Below are positions 51,623-55,774 of a stretch of 55,774 nucleotides of DNA, one piece after another. Origin of the DNA: Neovahlkampfia damariscottae. Taxonomy: Eukaryota. Location: NCBI GenBank assembly GCA_016618085.1, contig JABLTG010000135.1, forward strand, positions 1 to 55,774. The letters run 5' to 3'. The notes beneath the pieces are model-generated. The model was given only the letters and a program-made list of their open reading frames with translations. It had not been told where the DNA came from and ran no database searches. Within the stretch, counting starts at the first letter, position 1. Each line of letters begins with the position of its first letter. A program made the position numbers and the translations under genes.

Positions 51623-52428
51623 TTATTCCCAATTTTGAAATGAATTTTCTGATGGTTGAACATTTTCCAAAGTATCATCTGTTGTTTGATGATTTTGTGT
51701 TTGAATAGTTGGAGTTGGAATAGTATTCTTTGAATCTTCAAGCATTTTTCTTTTATACCTCATTCTTTTATTTCCAAACCAATTATTAACTTGATTTACA
51801 TTGAGTCCAGTTTGTTCACTTAATGTCTTTTTTTCATCATCAGTTGGATAAGGATCGGATAAATGATTAAAAACTAAAGTTTTTGTTATTCATTTATTTT
51901 TGACTTACACCACATATTTAAATGATCAGTTGATTGTTTTTGAAAATTCTTTTTTTTCTTTTTTGTTTTTTGTTGTGCTTGAAGTACTTGTCCTGAATAT
52001 TTTCTTTTTAACTCAGAATATATTTCTTCTGGTTTTTTTTGTGTTTCTTCTGTTTCTTTTGGTTCTATTTTTTTTGGTTTTTGAATTTGTAAAGAACTAT
52101 TAACATCATGACAGAATTGATTGAACTTTGAATTTAAATAAAAGATTTCTTTTTGTTGATGGATTTGAAGTAAGTTCATTTTTGTAAAATATTCAATTCC
52201 ATCTTTTTCTTGGTCCAAATCTTCATTTGTTCCATTCACAAATCTTGAATTTTCTTTTAATTGTTGAATTTGTTGAGTTATACCATCATACTTTTGTATA
52301 ACATATTTTTTATTTGTTTCTTTTGGTTCTTCTTCTAAAAATATGGAAGATGTGTCATGGTTGTTACTTAAAGTTGAAACAAATAGTGGATCAATGAAAA
52401 GTTTGTAATTTGAAAGGTCTTCTGACAT
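51623..52428 (-). CDS. TALE-class homeodomain protein
   Basis: LNMW-FFNHLSDPYPTDDEK...QVNNWFGNKRMR across one intron. Confidence 0.88.
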
Positions 52429-52831
52429 GACGAATGACAAATGATCGGTTTGAAAAGTGGTGTGAGCTTATTGGTTATTTTTTTCTTTTCTCTTTGAAAT
52501 GTTCTTCTGTGAGATTTAAAACTTTAATTGTTTGGAATAAAGGTTTGGGTAAGTAAAAAGTAAGTTTGAGTGATAAAGTTAGTCCTGGTATGTTGTACTT
52601 GAACTGTTTATATAGACAAAAACAGTTACAAAATAACGGGCATTTATAGTTAATGTGATACACTCTGATTGGTCAAAGAGTGAAGACGGAGTTATAGAAT
52701 ACAACCAAATGATTGGTCAATACAAATAGTGGTATGAATACAAGTTATTCTATGCATTAATAGTTGTTCATTCTTATTTTTAAATGTTTTTTTTCATTAA
52801 TTTTTTTTTGTCCAACCAAAAATTGAATAAC

Positions 52832-53949
<1,118 letters not shown>

Positions 53950-53994
53950 AACTCAATTTTGATTTTGAAAAATTAATTTTATTGGATAACAGAA

Positions 53995-54722
53995 ATGTCT
54001 GAAAAGTATCCAAAGACTCCTCATTTACCATTTTCACCTGGTGTATTTTCTGATGATATTACACTGGACTCAAAACATTGCAATCAATTTTTGAATAAAG
54101 ATGTTGTTATAACTGAAAAACTTGATGGAGGTAATTGTCAACTCCACAGAGGAAAGGTAAATATTTCCTATTAGAATAATTATTTAAAAGGTATATGCAA
54201 GAACTAATTCAAAAGAAGCTACTCATGATTCATTTGGACCTATTAAACAATTGTATCATTCATTTTCTTGGAATGTACCTAATAATATTGCACTTTATGG
54301 TGAAAATATGGTTGGTATTCATTCAATTGAATACTCAGAATTAGATTCTTATTTTTATTTATTTTCAGCTTTAAAAAATAATGAAGAGTGGTTATCTTGG
54401 GATGAAATTGTTGAAATGTCAAAAGAATATCAAATACCTCATGGTAAAAATTGAAAACATATAAATTATTTGAAAAATAGTACCTGTTTTATTTGAAGGT
54501 CAATTCACAAAATTGGAAGAAATAAAAAATTGGATGTTGGATGAAATGAAAAAAAAATCAAGTTTAGGTGAAACTGGAAAAGAAGGATTTGTTATAAGAA
54601 TAAGAGATGGATTCAAAGATATTGATTTTGATAAAAATATTGCAAAGTTTGTTCGAATGAATCATATTCAAACAGATTCAGATTGGTTGAAAAAATGGAA
54701 ACAAGCAAAACTTACAAAATAG
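53995..54722 (+). CDS. ATP-dependent RNA ligase family protein (stand-alone adenylyltransferase domain)
   Basis: KYPKTPHLPFSPG, TEKLDGGN (motif I), YGEN, FYLF, EGFVIR, AKFVR; two introns. Confidence 0.85.
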
Positions 54723-54741
54723 TATCGATAATACATATTCA

Positions 54742-55238
54742 TTACATATACATAAAGGATATATTTTCTTTTTTTCTTTCTGGATTTTTTTTATCTAATT
54801 TTTTCTCTTCGTACTCTGGATCATCTGTTTCAATTTCTGTTCTGCATAAAGGACAAGTAGCTCGCTTATTATTTTTTCTTTTAATATTTAATTCAAATTA
54901 TTACTTTTTGTAACCATTCAATAAGACATTTTTCATGGAATAAATGATTGCAAGGTAATACAAGTGCTTTAGTGGATATTTCAAATGCTTCAATACAAAT
55001 AGGACAACTTGCATCATCTAATATATGTTCTTCGTCAATCCAAACAACTTCTAAATTTTTAATAGCTAAAAGTTTAATTTAGAAGTTATTGTTCACCTTG
55101 TTTTGATGCTGGAGGAGTTGCATTTGTCGAACTTTCAATGAATCTTTCAGTTAGTTCTCTCAGGTATTCTTCAACATTAAAGTTGTTTTCTTCTTGATGT
55201 CCTTCATGACAACTGTGTTCAGTGAAATACATTTCCAT
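54742..55238 (-). CDS. RING-H2 E3 ligase, RNF181-like
   Basis: MEMYFTEHSC..., PPASK, CPICIE...LPCNHLFHEKCLIEWLQK...TCPLCRTEIETDDPEYE. Confidence 0.8.
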
Positions 55239-55302
55239 GATGCCAATAAAAACGGCTATTGAATTGATAAAAGTGGCCAATTAGATTTAATTTTGCCAGT
55301 TA

Positions 55303-55350
55303 TTTTTAGAATTTTTACTTGAAGTTGTTCAACTAGAAAATACTGAAAAA
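55303..55350. repeat. Imperfect inverted repeat in the element left end (also at 12638-12685)
   Basis: TTTTTAGAATTTTTACTTGAA-GTTG-TTCAACTAGAAAATACTGAAAAA. Confidence 0.55.
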
Positions 55351-55367
55351 GATCTCAAGTATTTAAA

Positions 55368-55774
55368 ATGTCCAAACAGCTCAAATTGGATTCATTTTGG
55401 AAAGAAAAAAATGTTACTTCAACATCAACAACAGAAGTGATAAAAAAGAGAAAACTTGAAGAAACAAAAGAAACAGGAAATATGAAATCAACATATAAAC
55501 AAGGAAAAGATTCGTATCCTTTTTGGTGGACTAAAGAAAAAGAAGACATGCTACAAGTGAAAAGTATACCTCCAAGTTCTTCTTCAGTTGACAAGAATAT
55601 TTGTTGGACAAAAAAGTTGGTAGAACAATCTTCATTAACAGAAGGTATTTTATTTTCATCAAAAGATGTTCCAAAAGAAAACAAACAAGTTTCACATAAA
55701 ACTGGTTTATCAAAAAAACAACTTGATACAGATGAAATTATTCGATCAAGAAAAATTCTTTTAAAATCAACAAG
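55368..55774 (+). CDS. Fanzor2 N-terminus (copy C), 3' end outside window
   Basis: MSKQLKLDSFWKEKNVTSTSTTEVIKKRKLEETKETGNMKSTYKQGKDSYPFWW...DEIIRSRKILLKST; open to the window end and collinear with the copy A protein that carries RuvC-I. Confidence 0.9.
   Translation, partial: MSKQLKLDSFWKEKNVTSTSTTEVIKKRKLEETKETGNMKSTYKQGKDSYPFWWTKEKEDMLQVKSIPPSSSSVDKNICWTKKLVEQSSLTEGILFSSKDVPKENKQVSHKTGLSKKQLDTDEIIRSRKILLKST

Larger units (their letters stand above)
55253..55774 (+). mobile_element. Fanzor2/IS607-like element, copy C (cut by window end)
   Basis: Left end shared with copies A and B; coding part nearly identical to copy A. Confidence 0.9.

Noticed and set aside
55239..55280. Longer N-terminus (MATFINS...) for the RNF181-like gene
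   Set aside because: Starts at a non-ATG codon inside the element left end; ATG 55238 fits the family start.

Overview
An AT-rich, very gene-dense stretch of a eukaryotic microbial nuclear genome (probably a protist; taxon not determinable here). It has about 33 host genes split by short (~27-45 nt) GT-AG introns, one tRNA-Leu(AAG), a U3 snoRNA, and CCAAT boxes just upstream of many start codons. The main signal is a Fanzor2-type (IS607 TnpB-derived, RNA-guided RuvC nuclease) element family with three copies, two of them missed by the ORF track because they run off the window edges. Copy A (1-~1165, minus) keeps the N-terminal half through RuvC-I. Copy B (~12576-13135, plus) is an internally deleted mini-element that keeps the left end, RuvC-II/Zn-finger/RuvC-III and the probable omegaRNA scaffold. 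Copy C (~55253-55774, plus) has an intact 5' end whose protein starts with a PCNA-binding PIP-box-like motif and an NLS-like motif. All three begin at (A)CGG, have no room for an upstream tnpA, and sit next to host CCAAT boxes, head-to-head with the neighbouring gene or ORF. Other highlights: a 5'-truncated Crinkler-like nuclease gene inserted into an AlkC-like pseudogene, 3-nt and 6-nt micro-exons, and two unusual multidomain proteins. All calls come from manual translation and motif recognition; no searches were run and exon boundaries are approximate.
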